64,000 bases of DNA from Cycas panzhihuaensis. Its lineage: Eukaryota; Plantae; Cycadophyta. Shown in pieces: positions 22,888-35,355 of this stretch. A program made the position numbers and the translations under genes. The first letter of the stretch is position 1. Every line of letters starts with the position of its first letter. The notes under the pieces were generated by a model that saw only the letters and a list, made by a program, of their open reading frames with translations, was not told the DNA's origin and made no database searches. The DNA lies in assembly GCA_023213395.1 (NCBI GenBank), contig CM041465.1:126859741-126923740 (forward strand). The letters are read 5' to 3'.

Positions 22888-25457
22888 TGGACGCGCTGCT
22901 ACGGGATAACTACCTAACTGATAGGTGTAAGAGAGGGTGAGTGGTGGAATGATGGAAGGTGGGACCTAAAAGGTGGGTAACTACCACGCAGAGCGCCTGT
23001 CTACCGGAGCGCGAGTTCGGGATCTGCAATGGAGTATGGCTACTGTCGGGTGACCCTTCATCGCTTCGAATAAGGGGTGAAGGTGCGTAGGGCGAACCTG
23101 AGTTGACCTGGGAATAGGACCCTCCCACCCTTGGGTGGCTAGAAGGGGGGAAGAGAAGACCTAATGGAGACAGGCTAAGGGCAATCCTACACGACCTAAC
23201 CGAGTACACGAGTGATGCGGGAAGCAAGGCACTCGTGTGGTTAAGGGGAGAGGAGGAACGGTAGGGGAGAGGAGGACTCCTACAATCTTTCCTACGAATG
23301 ATAAAGATGCATGAAACAAGACAAAAGAATCGCAAACAAGTACCAAACCAAATTTTCCCTTTTATCCTTCAATGTACTAATTACTACGAAAGAAATAAAA
23401 GGAAATGAAAGGGTAGCGGAGGGGAACAAACGTGCACCTGGAGCGAAGGCGTACGAAACGAAGTAACCTTCTCGAGGAGCGCCCAACCACTCCACGCGAC
23501 GTACTAGATGCGAGATATTGCGGCGGACGAAGAGGGGACTTCCTTACCTTCCCCGGAAAAACAAATGCAATACCAAGAAAGAAAGGAAGCACCAACTAAG
23601 AAATGAAATAGCATGAAAACATAATGCACATGAAGGTGCTTAGCTAGGCCCACGGGCGATGCACTCCATGCTTCCCAAGTACTGAAGCGTGAGCGGTCTC
23701 TTTCTCTTCCCGAAGGAAGAGCACTAACATGCAACACAAAAACTCTAACAATATACGCCTAAATAACATAAACGAGAATTTGAATATACATGCGTTAGTG
23801 CTAATCCAACAATGAAAGTGTCAAAAGAAAGTGACCAAAGTGAAAGTAAATGGTTGGGTAAGCCTCAGAGTGGCCTACCTCCCGCAAATGATGCCCAAAC
23901 CTCCCCCCAAGAGCCACGAGGCAGCAAGGGGAAAGTCAAGAGCAAGGGCTGGAAAATAGCAGCAAAAGGGGTAAAGAAAGGCCCAAGGGTACCCACGGCG
24001 AACCGGGATGCTATGAGGAGCAAACCGGGTGACCCAGGGAAGAAAGGTGGAGCAAGAAACCAGCGGTTGGGACTTATGAGTGATGCCCAAACCTGAGCAA
24101 AAGGTTCCAAATCATCGCTGCAACTTGTGACAGCGCTGGTTTGGGCAACCAAAGGGAGCCTTCAAACCCTTATTTGCAAGCCAAGGGCAGCACGGGACGA
24201 TAGGGAGGTTTTGGGGGGCTTAGACCCGCCTAGGGAGCGTGGAAGGTGGTACGGAATCCACCCAGCTCCTCTCCAAAACCTATGCAACCCCTCCACACCG
24301 CCTTGGACAAAGAACGCAGTAAGGAGCACATGGAGAGGTGTATAACAGCCCCCAAAAAGGAGGACAACCAACTCTCAAGCAACAAATAAGAGCAAACAAG
24401 CTGAAGCATGAATATCACAAGAAAACAAGCATAAACAAGGAATACCTGGAGAGAAGAGGCAAGGGATTTGCCTCAGCCAAAGGGAAGCGGAGAGGGACTG
24501 ATAAATCAGCCCAGATCTGAAGTAGAGCAGGTTTGAGGCCCTGCTACGGAGGTGTGATGGGAAGCACCTGCGCTTAGGGCGCTTATGGACTGCCTGGACG
24601 AAGACCGGCTGGAAACCACTTCAAAGGAGCCCTCTCCAAGGCGTTTGAGGGGCTGGGAGAATGTCTCAGCCACGCCGAAAGAGAGCTGGGCGCTGTATGG
24701 GTGCAGGTCCAACTGATGCAGCAAACAGCAGAGAGAAGCAGAGCAGGAGAGTGTTTCCTTGAGAGCAATTCCAAAAGTGAGCCAAAAAAAAATACTTTAA
24801 AATGAGCCAAAAAGGGCTTAAGTACTCAAGCAAAACCCTAAAGCGTGCGATTAGGGCGAATGAAGAGAAATAAAGCAGTGAGCCACGTGGCGCTTCGCAA
24901 TAAATGCGAAATTGCCACTGGATTTTTAAAACAACTCGAGACAGTATCACGAATATTCGCAGATCGCTGAATATTCCCGGCCAGACCGCGAAAAATCCGG
25001 TACTCACCTAGAGCTGAAAATGGGGCCCACCAACCACCCAGTTAAAGGGCATTTACGTAAAAGGCCAACATAACGCTAAAACACCTACCCGAGAGCAAAC
25101 AAGCCGACAAAATGGGTCCAAAGGAGCAAAAATAGGGCTCGAGTGGGGTGGCAAGTTGACCAAACGATGATGAGTCATCACACGGGTAGAGGTGGCGCAA
25201 ACCTAATGGATCCAGGAGCGAGGAGGGCGATGTGAAGTAATACGGTCACCAGGGTGCCACACTCGCTGGGAGTGTGCCCCTGCTATAGTCGTCATAGGCT
25301 AGCATAGGTGTGGGAGACTACAAGGCTGCCCACAAAGTCATACACATGCAGATACGCAAGCAAACATCCAATAAAAGAAAGCGGTGATAACGCGAGAGAC
25401 ATACCTACACTTACCTAAGTCGGTGATTTCGTATCCATTCCCGGAAGCCGGGAAACA
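22888..25457 (-). repeat. Outer 5' LTR of the Tat element (~2.57 kb)
   Basis: Full-length repeat of 7273-9861, followed by TSD ACTGG. Confidence 0.95.
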
Positions 25458-26267
25458 ACTGGTCTAGTCTGAAGAAGATCCTGTAAGTAACCGTCTTCAA
25501 TCATAACTTGCCTGTCATCATTATCTTGTATAAACTCTTGATCATCATGCACAATTATGACTTCTTCAATCTTTGGAGCAGAATCTTGATCAATTAGCAT
25601 ACTTTTTGAACTTGAATCAATGCTTAAAGAAGGAACATCATCAATATAAGACTCATCTTTTATGGGATCATTAGCTTCAATTTCTCTTGAAATCAATTCA
25701 TCACTTTTAATGTCTTCATCTGTAACCTCATCAATGCATTCAACAAGAGGGAGTTTCATCGATTGCTTAAACATTCTTCATCTTCACATGTTGTTTCTTG
25801 ATGTTGATGATACTTTCTTCATTTGTTGTACCTGTACCATAACTAGCTTTAATTGCCTTTTCAATCATTCGTTGTGTTTCTTTAGGAGTTTGTTCAAATA
25901 CTTCCCTTAGAGAATCCCAAGCTTCTTTAGCATTACTTGCATGTAGAATCATAGGAATAACAAAATGAAATTTGGAGGGAAGATCAATCTTGTTGAATGC
26001 AGCATGAATCATAATGAATGCCATTCTATCTTTCTTCTAAAGCATTTCTTTTTCTTCATCATCATTAGGGATATCATATTCGTCAGTAACAATCTTCCAC
26101 AAACCTCTAGCTATGAATAGACATCTCATTTTAATTGTCCAAAAGAAATAGTCTTCACCATTACATTTAGGTACTGGAATAAGTGAATCCCTTAAGTAAT
26201 ATTCATTTGTCTCAGGAGCATATATAACCACATCATTATCCTCCATGATTGTAAATGCCATTTCCAC
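25458..26267 (-). pseudogene. gag: Copia-type gag ORF of the TR-GAG-like element; continues at 7267-7021
   Basis: PKCNGEDYFFWTIKMRCLFIARGLWKIV (Copia gag N-terminus) and ASNAKEAWDSL. One stop and one frameshift. The frame DLLQTRP|VTRKNQDLHLLEHL is restored when 7273-25457 and one TSD copy are removed. Confidence 0.85.
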
Positions 26268-28375
26268 ATGCCACGTCCCTCACTTATCATTGGTAACTTG
26301 CATATTGATCACTCTCAACAAACTTTCTCATGTCTCATATCTCACATCATCACTTTATCATCACATCATTGCCTTATCCATTACATATCACCAACCAGTC
26401 ACGTAGAATCCAAACACTCTCTTCACCAAATCAATGCCTCATAACTCTCACAACGATCGTATATGTCATATATCGCTACCAAGACATACACTTCACTTGA
26501 TTGCCCAAAACACACAACTCATGCCATTACACTTGCAACTCATGTAACTTCAACAAAAACTTATCCTTCTTTACATGTTCACATCATGAAACATGCCTAA
26601 TTTCTTCCTTAACTCACCCAACAAAGTGTCCAACCTTGTCATGTAACCTCACATGTTACAAGGTTCATAATTGGCAAGTCAACACTTCATCAACTCTTTC
26701 ATGCAAACACATACCCCATCATATATCCAAGTCTCAAGTCAATAGAGTGCAAAATATGAATTAATGTCATCTCACATTACCAAGGTACTCTCCCATGTGA
26801 AATACATACAAGAAAGCCTCAACAGTCACCTCATCAATATCAAAGTATTCTCATGCAATCGCATACAAATGAACAATGAAAACCTCAAACTTCGTCTTAT
26901 GTCATCATGTCAACACATCAATCAAGAGTTTATTTCAAAAAACACTCACTCATATTGCCATAAAGATTAACTCAATGTCAAAGATTGCTCCCTTGTAACA
27001 ATAGCACACTTGCTTATCAGTCATTACCCTGATCATAATGCCCTCTTATTACTCTTCTCTTGCCCTTGTCATGTTCAACAAATGCCCAAACTTGAGATGT
27101 AACCCCAATAGCTCTCAAATATTGCTTCTCAAATATACCTTATATCATCAAAGTACTCCCTTATATCAACCCAACTTATGCCAATATCAAATATCACCAC
27201 CTCAAATTGCTAATGAATCACCAAGACACATCTTATATCACTCATATACTCAACATAAAAAGCTTTAAAGTATTACCTCAATAAACTAAATTTGATTGAC
27301 ACTTATCAATTCTCACTTGATAACCATTTAAGAAAAAGCTGTATTAAAAGTAACTTGATAATTCTTCAATCAAAACGTATAAGCATATTGATGTCTTTGA
27401 GTTAATATCTAATAGCCGATGTATACCCAAAAACTCATACCTGCGGGCGACTCTCCACGACTGTGCGGTTAGTTGTGGAGTTATACCATTTCCGTTCACT
27501 TATGCACCATACCCTAAGTGGTCATTGATTGCACCTTCGCAAAAGGAGTCTTAGTGGACCCTTATCTGTCATTCATCTTCTACATCTATTCATCGTGTAT
27601 CTATCCATGGAGAAATCAGAGTGTAAGGTTTTATGCACCATCCTCCATCGTATGCGTATGCCCTATATGACTTGCACCACTATAATTGATCTGTAACCAT
27701 TATGATTTCTATGTTGAATGAAAGCTGCATTTGTGGAGAGCCTTGACTATGCTCAGCACTGTGCCATTGTATTGGAAAGCTCCATTTGTAGAAGTAACCA
27801 AATTCTCTCAGATTCGTGGTTAAACTGTGGAGCTATGCCTTGTTCTATCCGTACAATCTTGTTCCAAGTATATGCCATGGAACCATGATTTGTCTACCCA
27901 AGTGAATGAATTAGATCGAGATTCATAATGCTCCTTTGGTATTTGTGCCCGTGTTGAACCTCTGTTCACCTTCATCTCTGTTGCCCTGTAAAACCTGTGT
28001 TCATGAAGGTTGTCTTGCAACTGCGTGAGGCCATCGCCAACGTCGGTTCATGCTCATTTGACCGTATTGTTATTCCTGTTGAAAAGCCATTGACATATCG
28101 ACAACCCAAGATCACCCAAGTAATACTCACGTGAAGACAATTTATGCCCTATCTCGCAATTGTTCTATCCTAGAGATTATACAAGCCTCAAGACGCCGCC
28201 AATTTTACATTCCCCGCTGACCGTTTCATGAAGGTAAATCAACGTGCTTCGATGGCTAAATAGTGTTCTCCACTGAAAACGCGATTCTATGGTTGATTGC
28301 TTAGTAGTATAAATACGACGGAGTTAGTCCAATGTGCCGACGTTAAACACGAAGAAAGAAGATGCAAAGTATGCA

Positions 28376-28506
28376 AGGCGTGCCAGGGGTTTTGGTTTTG
28401 TGGTGTTTCCAGATCCTATGATGCTTTACAGGGTTCTCCGAGACAAACATACCATCGATGGTAGAACGGTGGAAGCAAAAAAGCTGTACAAAGAGAAGAG
28501 CAACAA
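28376..28506 (+). pseudogene. Captured fragment of an hnRNP A/B (Musashi-like) RRM gene inside the TR-GAG leader
   Basis: RARGFGFVVF (RNP1 motif)...HTIDGRTVEAKK, then AVQREEQQ after a frameshift. Confidence 0.85.
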
Positions 28507-29014
28507 AGCGCTACCAGAATGAACAATTATAGGTGGAAGTTTAATATAAAATATCAGCGGTGAAAGTATACACAAGTATCAACTCTCAGATTTCATGAAC
28601 CACCATGAGTAGAAGGTAATAGAGGCCACAATCACTGCCAAGATTAGGGTTTTTACCTCAAAACAGCCATGAACCATCGAATACAGTCCCGAGAACAAAC
28701 ACATGATCATAACTTGCACAACCTGGCTTCACCTTGCTCTGGCTTCACCTCAGCTTCACCTCGCTCTGGCTTCACCTTGCTCTGATACCATGTTGGAAAT
28801 CAACCTGCACAACAATCTTCACAAATAGAACAGAACAACTCCATAGGATCAAACGGTACCCTTAAGGTACCTCTATTGTATTAACAGAAATCATTACAAC
28901 ATCATCTTAATAAGATACACAATATTGTGTATTTATAATACAAGTCATATTAGAAGAGTAGGACCCACTTGCATGTGGGATAAATCAAATGTACATTAAT
29001 ATTCTAACAAGATG

Positions 29015-32000
29015 CTTGTATGAGATAATTATGACGATGGATAATAAAGGAGTATCTAATAAAATGGTAGTCACTTTCACATCATGATCCCACTTCGGAA
29101 AGTGAAGACATCCTCCAAATATTCATTAACCTTCCCATGTTTTAAGGGAAAAACATTTCAAAATAGGAGGCACTTGTTGAAAGCCTTATAACTGATTATA
29201 ATAATAATAATTCTAAAGTACACATTTAATAGACATGACCTAAGGTTTTGACTTATCTAAAGAGTATGTCATTGATATTTATATGGTTGTGCAATAATAT
29301 ACATTCATTATCATTCTATTAAAATCAATATATATTTCCTATAGATCTAATAATCACTTACTGTATGTTTAGTTCTAGTAATAGAAGTGAGATCCACTAT
29401 AACCCTTATGCACTTCACTAATTTGTGTAATCATGATGTTACGTACTATCTTTGCCTAATCTAGTAAAAACTCCCCTTTTAAACATTTTAAAATTATGAA
29501 TGCATGACTTAATGCTAGTTAAGAATTATCCCTATAACCAAACACCCGTGATATGAGAGATATTTAAAGCTTAAAATCATCCTTAAAGAATTCTAATTTA
29601 AGTTCCCATTTTTTCTTTTTTTTTTTTTAGGCTCAATATTCTATTTCCTAATATACATCACCAACTCCTTATTTATTCATGGTTGACTGTAACTTGTCAA
29701 TATTGAAGGGTATCATTAGATGAGGAAGATGAAAAATCCTCCTAATATTCTCTGGGTTTCGAATTGCCATTAGTTGGTTATTAGAGACCATAACTAGCTT
29801 AGATTTAGGAATCAAATAATAGGATAACATTCCAGTTGACTTAGGGCATGCGAACATCTTTGGCACAAAGTTAATTTTGGCTAGACTGCATTATCACATT
29901 GGCCCTACCTTTTCTATTACTTTGAAATAAAACCTATCATTTCTACCATTCAAATTCACTTCAGTGTCTTTGATAAGTAGCATCTTTACAAGACTTCTAA
30001 TTCTCTAAGCTTTACTATTTTACTTAATTAATAGTGAATAATATAGGAAATTACTTGAAATTCATTTACCATCACTTTCTTGCATGTAATCAATTATTGC
30101 TTTATTTGCGTCCTTGACTTGTTAGAAATCCTCCATTTCATTTAGTATTAGAACAACTAAACAATAAATGTGAGAGGTTTATATAACTATTTAATTTAGT
30201 TTGCATCATATTATATGTGTTATGTTATTATCTAATTTGTTCATTATTAACTCATGCATGTCAAAAGATAATTAGATCTTATTATGCCATTTATATGTAT
30301 GTCCTATATGTAAATTAAAAATTAATGCCAATGTTTTGATGAAAGCTCTTGAGCACAAGAATGGAAATCACATTTTATAATCCATCATGTTACTAGTGTT
30401 CAAATTGTTAAATGCAGTCCCATATTCATATCTCTTATAAAGTCTCTTCTCTTATGTGATTGAGTTTTATATGGTACATCCTTTCATTTATTTTCTTTTA
30501 CATTATTTATGTAAATACCTTTTGTGTAAGGGATTAGTGATACAAATTGATTGGTAAATTAACTTTGTCTATTATAGACTAGTTTTACACTCTTTGAATG
30601 AAACTATACTCATGCTTCCAAGTATACTAAGAACCTAGAGATTTGAATTAATTTGTGCTACCTTAATTTGACCCACTAGATTCATACTGAAAGGTAATGC
30701 CTTCATCCTAGGAATTAACCATATTACTTGTTGCATAATACTTGTAATTATGACTTGTTTTGGTTCCACCTAGTGAGTCTCTATAAAAAATGAAGTTATA
30801 CATATATAGGAATGTTACAATGTAAACTTATAGATTTGGGAGAGCAACACTGTAGAAATATAAGTTTGATATACATCATTAAGATCGATGAAGCATTCAT
30901 GAAAATCCTTTTCAAATTCATTGTCTCATTATTTAACCAAGAAAAGGGATTTCTCTTCTATTCCAAAAGGACATGTGACATGAATGTTGCTTATAAATAT
31001 ATCCATCAATTATTGGAATAAGTGGATTAAATCTTAGGACAACTAGTAAAACTAGTTAAGAATATTACCTTATAACATCCTTAGGAAAAGTCTTATTAAT
31101 AAATAGTCATTAGGCATTATTGCATATTTAATGATCCCTTGAGTACAATCTAATATACCTTAATAAGACATATAATCTGCTCTTTTAGGGAGGTATGATA
31201 CAAGACACAATACAAAAATGCCTAGGTAGAGATAACACTTGATCAAGTTTTCTGAACCTTCTCAAGTTAATGCTGGGAAGAGCTATCATTAAATCCTTCT
31301 TCTTATTAAGTCTACATATATAGCCACTACCTTATTCTACTTTGACTAAAACAATAGCCAAGGACTATAATTGATATAAAAGTAATCTTAGTATTTAACT
31401 ACAGAGCATTGACTCTATACTAAAATCACTCTATACTAATTGATATATAGAAAGTTGGTATAAGAATTATATAGAAGACTTGAACCAAGTCACCCTTTAT
31501 GGCCAAAAAATCTTAAGTTATGAATAAGTAAAACTTAGTTACTAGATTTCATGAAAGACAATAAGAAACACTCATCATCAATGATAATCTAACATGAAAA
31601 ACATAGAATACATTACCTATTTCATCAATAGTTTTTTCTCAAATCATTAGACAATGCTTAACAAAATGAGTACAAAATAATTACCTCAAACTTTGATATT
31701 CAAATGGCCCAAGTTCAATAAAATAAAAATGGAATGAGTATGATTATATTATCCAACATAATCATTTTGGTATAAAATTGTTACCAATCAAGAAATAATC
31801 TAATGCCTTTTAGTCGCAAAAAGATGCTTACCAATGGTAGCTATTAGTGTTGTGGCAGTGCAATTATCGTTCTCCTCAAATCTAGTGCAAGAGTTAAGAA
31901 TGCCTAATTAAGACATAGGAAAGGAGTAAGTTATCAATATCATATCCAACTATAGTTTGTCTACTTATTCTGACACATATTAAGGAAAAGATATTTAGAT

Positions 32001-32700
32001 ATTTTGACTACCTTAACACTCTATTTATTCCTTAATCAACTATTAAAGAAGTTTTACCAACTTTTGTTTTCATCTTTACATGCGTAATTTGTATAATCAT
32101 TGGTCTTATCAAATCTAAATGCCCTTATAATTTGGATATCTAATCTCTAATACTATTAAACCTTTAATCTTGATACTTGAGTAAGTTTTTAAGGGGAACT
32201 TTTTGTGTTATCTAATTCTAAATACTTTTGGCCCATTCCTCAACCTCACCTATTATAGTTAAATTAATCCAATATTTTTTCTTTGTTGATTCTTCATCTA
32301 TGACCTTAAGGAATTTTTGTTTGTCTAGGATAATGCTTTAACCCAATGAAGAGGAGTTAAGAAATGAGATAGTTGAAATCATTTGTCTTAAAATAGTATC
32401 TAAAGTATCTTCAAGCTCTTCTATTTTATTCATTACCTCCTTACTCCTATCTATTCCTATTTCTAAGACATATTTCCATTTTGAGATAAAACATGCATGA
32501 TCTTCTTTGCTCTTATCTTTACTTACTGCCATTTTATTCTTAAATTTAAGGAAATCCCCCTTAGGTTATAACTCCATTGAATATAGTTCTTCTAGTTTGT
32601 AAGTTTCTACCATTAGCGTCTAAATCTTATTATGCAAGGAACAAACTTGATAAAAAAAACTCCATATATGAGGCTTTAAAAACTTATCCTCATTAAGGAT
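29015..32700 (+). repeat. Older segmental duplicate of ~56020-58162 plus 62185-64000
   Basis: Collinear similarity throughout. This copy lacks the Copia insertion at 58163-62179 (empty site ATAAGACATAT near 31153). Confidence 0.9.
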
Positions 32701-33838
32701 TTTTTCTACATGCCTTTAAATGCACTTTACAAATTCAACAACAACTACTAAAGCATTAATTAACTCTTTTATTTCATGTCCCATTATTTTGCTTGATGTG
32801 TCCTTAATAAGTTCTTGCCAAGCATTTTATAATGAGCTTAGTCTCTGATTTAATATTAGATTCTCTTCCCTTATGGTGGTATTTTCTTTTATCACTTATT
32901 GTAGTTGAGCTTGTAAATTTAAAACCTTATCTTTTATAATTTGGCCAATGGCCAAATGTAAATCCATATATTCAATTGCAACATCTTCTTTTATAGACTA
33001 AGTAAATGATTCTACTACTTTCCTTTTCCTCACTACTATTTTCTTTAGGGTCTTTTCCTACTTGTCACACTAATAGAACCTATTCTTAACTTTCTTATCG
33101 AATGGATAGGCTAGAGTAAGGGTCAATTCTAATTTCCTATCTTAATGTATAGTTGCTACCATAGGTCTAATTCTATTACTAACCCCTTACCTATTTTGGT
33201 TTAGATAAACTCCACTTTGTTTACTATACGTTTCTTACATGTAATTTGATTATTACTTCTTGTTACCCCTAACTTATTAGAAATCCTCCAAGCTATTCAC
33301 TATTGGAATAATGAAATAGTAAATACAAGAGCTTGGTATAATTGTTTAATTTAGTTTCCATCATGTTGCATGTGTTATGCTACTATCTGATTTGTTCATT
33401 ATCAACTCATGCATGTCAGAAATCAATTGGATCTTATTATACCACTTAATTGTATGGGCTATATGTAAATTAAAAATTAATGCTAATGATTTAATGAAAC
33501 CCCTCCAATTGCATTTAATAATCCTTCATTTTATGAGTTCTCAAATTGATAAACTTCTATTTTGTTTTTATCTTTTGAATGAACACCTCTCATGTAATTG
33601 TGTTTTATATGGTACATCCTTTCTTTTGTTTTTCTTTTATATTATTTCTACAAATACCTTCAACACAAAATAAGTCTCTCAAAAATTTAATATACACTCT
33701 AGAATAATTATTTGGTTGGTCTCTTAGCTGAGGATTTGGTGTGGAGAGTATAAATTATTATAAATGACCTAAGAGAGGTTGTCTTATTAAAGAGTCACAA
33801 TCCAATAATGGTAAGAGAAGGGATCATGATGGGAAAGT

Positions 33839-34786
33839 TGTCACAAATATAAAATCACTCTAATACTATAAGAAATATAACCAACATAATATCAAATAAG
33901 TGAATAAATAAAAAAATAACAAAACTAAATAACCATATTAATACCTAGATCATAAACAATATCATGAGATACATTTATTTTTAATTTTTCAAAACATTAC
34001 ATACTACATAATATGCTATACAAGATGTCATCTTATGTACTATTGATGTCCTTATATAGTAAACTTTATCTTTAGTATGGGGCCCACTATTTTTTAGTGT
34101 GTTATAAATAAATGTGCATTAGTAATTATGTCCATATTTTTCTTTAATATTTTAATATTATAATACTCCCCCTTAATTTATATTTTGGTACATAAATATT
34201 CCTTTGAATTTTTTATTTTTCATTCTTAGAAATTTCTTACAAATGACATTCGGTACTTGGTTTTCAATTTGATCTTAATCTTCAACTTGTCTTTGTTGTA
34301 TTGCCTCTTAGATGTAGTGATAATATTTAATGTCAATGTGCTTTATTTTGTCTTGTAATACTAGGTTCTTTATCAATTGTATAGTAATCTCAAAATTATA
34401 TTAAACCTCTATTGGTTCAATCACGTAAACTATTTGATATAGGTCTTCAAGTATCTTTGTTAGATAAATTATTTTAGGAGCATCTATTTTAGCTTCTATG
34501 TATTCTACTTTATCTTGATCACTCTAGATCATAGGAATATCTCTTAGATTGGACTCAATCTAAGAAAACTTTTTCAGGATCTAAATACTATGTGCATCCA
34601 TAAAAATCTAATGCAAACTATTGAAATAATGAAATAATCAAGCTAAAATCAGTACAACTAAGATATATAAATGTTTATGAGTGAATTTGTCATACCATGA
34701 GATTCTAATCCAGTAGAGCTTCTACATTATAAATGATTCAATATATAAACTATAGGGCAAATGCACAATATATAGATAATCTGATG
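33839..34786 (-). mobile_element. Decayed Copia 3' fragment (RT/RNase H, PPT, 3' LTR)
   Basis: Minus-strand KIKHIDIKYYH and ENQV motifs. CTCCCCCT PPT at ~34166. AT-rich LTR-like tract to its left starting TGTCAC. Confidence 0.7.
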
Positions 34787-35355
34787 GAAAATAGTTTCTA
34801 CAAGATATGGAAATTATGATGGGTATTTGGTCCAATGGAAAGGCCTACACTAGAAGGATATTACCTAGATTTCTTAAGATAAACTAATACCTAACTAATT
34901 AGAAGGATAATACCTAAATTTCCAACTAATTTTAAACTAAGAAGAATTATTTCCCCTAATAGTATTTGATTCTATACCTTAACGGGTAATAGAATAGACT
35001 TAATAGGAATAAGACATCCTAAGTTACAAAGGACATTATGTACTTAAGAATAAAAGTAGATAACCTACTATAAAGTGGTCTCAACCTCAGAAGTATATTA
35101 TGTAAGATGTTTGTAAGTTATGGGTGGATTGCATTGAATTAACCCATAATAATATTTAGGAGGGATCAAATAAGTGCTTTGTGAAAGCTTCAAAAGAACT
35201 TTGCCATCCCTAACAAGATTTACCACCAAAGAGATCTCCTCATGATATAATCAAGGTAGGTCTATAATGTCATAAATAGAGGAATTAACACTAAGCTAAT
35301 AAATCTCTAAAGTACATCTCTCTAAATCACTCTTAAAAGGATTTCATGGAGAATT
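34787..35355 (+). repeat. Third copy of the CRM-like chromodomain/3' segment
   Basis: Near-identical to 3856-4399 and ~46098-46665. Confidence 0.95.

Larger units (their letters stand above)
7273..25457 (-). mobile_element. Ty3/Gypsy Tat-lineage LTR retrotransposon, 18.2 kb, three LTR copies
   Basis: LTRs 7273-9861 and 22888-25457 (TG..CA), partial LTR 21125-~22855. TSD ACTAG/ACTGG. PBS 21105-21123, PPT 9862-9872. Order gag-PR-RT-RH-INT, plus an additional RNase H. Confidence 0.95.
6779..29009 (-). mobile_element. Non-autonomous Copia-derived LTR element (TR-GAG-like), ~4.0 kb once the nested Tat element is removed
   Basis: 219-bp LTRs 6779-6997 and 28791-29009 (TG..CA, about 6 differences by eye). 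Perfect TSD AGATG at 6774-6778 and 29010-29014. Met-tRNA PBS (reverse complement of TGGTATCAGAGC) 28779-28790. PPT 6998-7006. Gag only, no RT or integrase. Confidence 0.95.
5670..29440 (+). mobile_element. Decayed chromovirus (Reina-like) integrase-chromodomain remnant, split by nested insertions (own sequence 5670-6778 and 29010-~29440)
   Basis: Integrase motifs WTYINMDFI, HGFPQIIVNNRD and HHL*MNGQ. After the insertion come KEYLIKW..DPTSES (chromodomain), a purine tract and TGTTG at 29175. The uninterrupted homolog lies at 55104-56450. LTR end is uncertain. Confidence 0.8.

Noticed and set aside
7273-25457. GC-rich island as bacterial or horizontally acquired DNA, or a prophage
   Set aside because: It is bounded by LTRs and a TSD and encodes plant Tat gag-pol.
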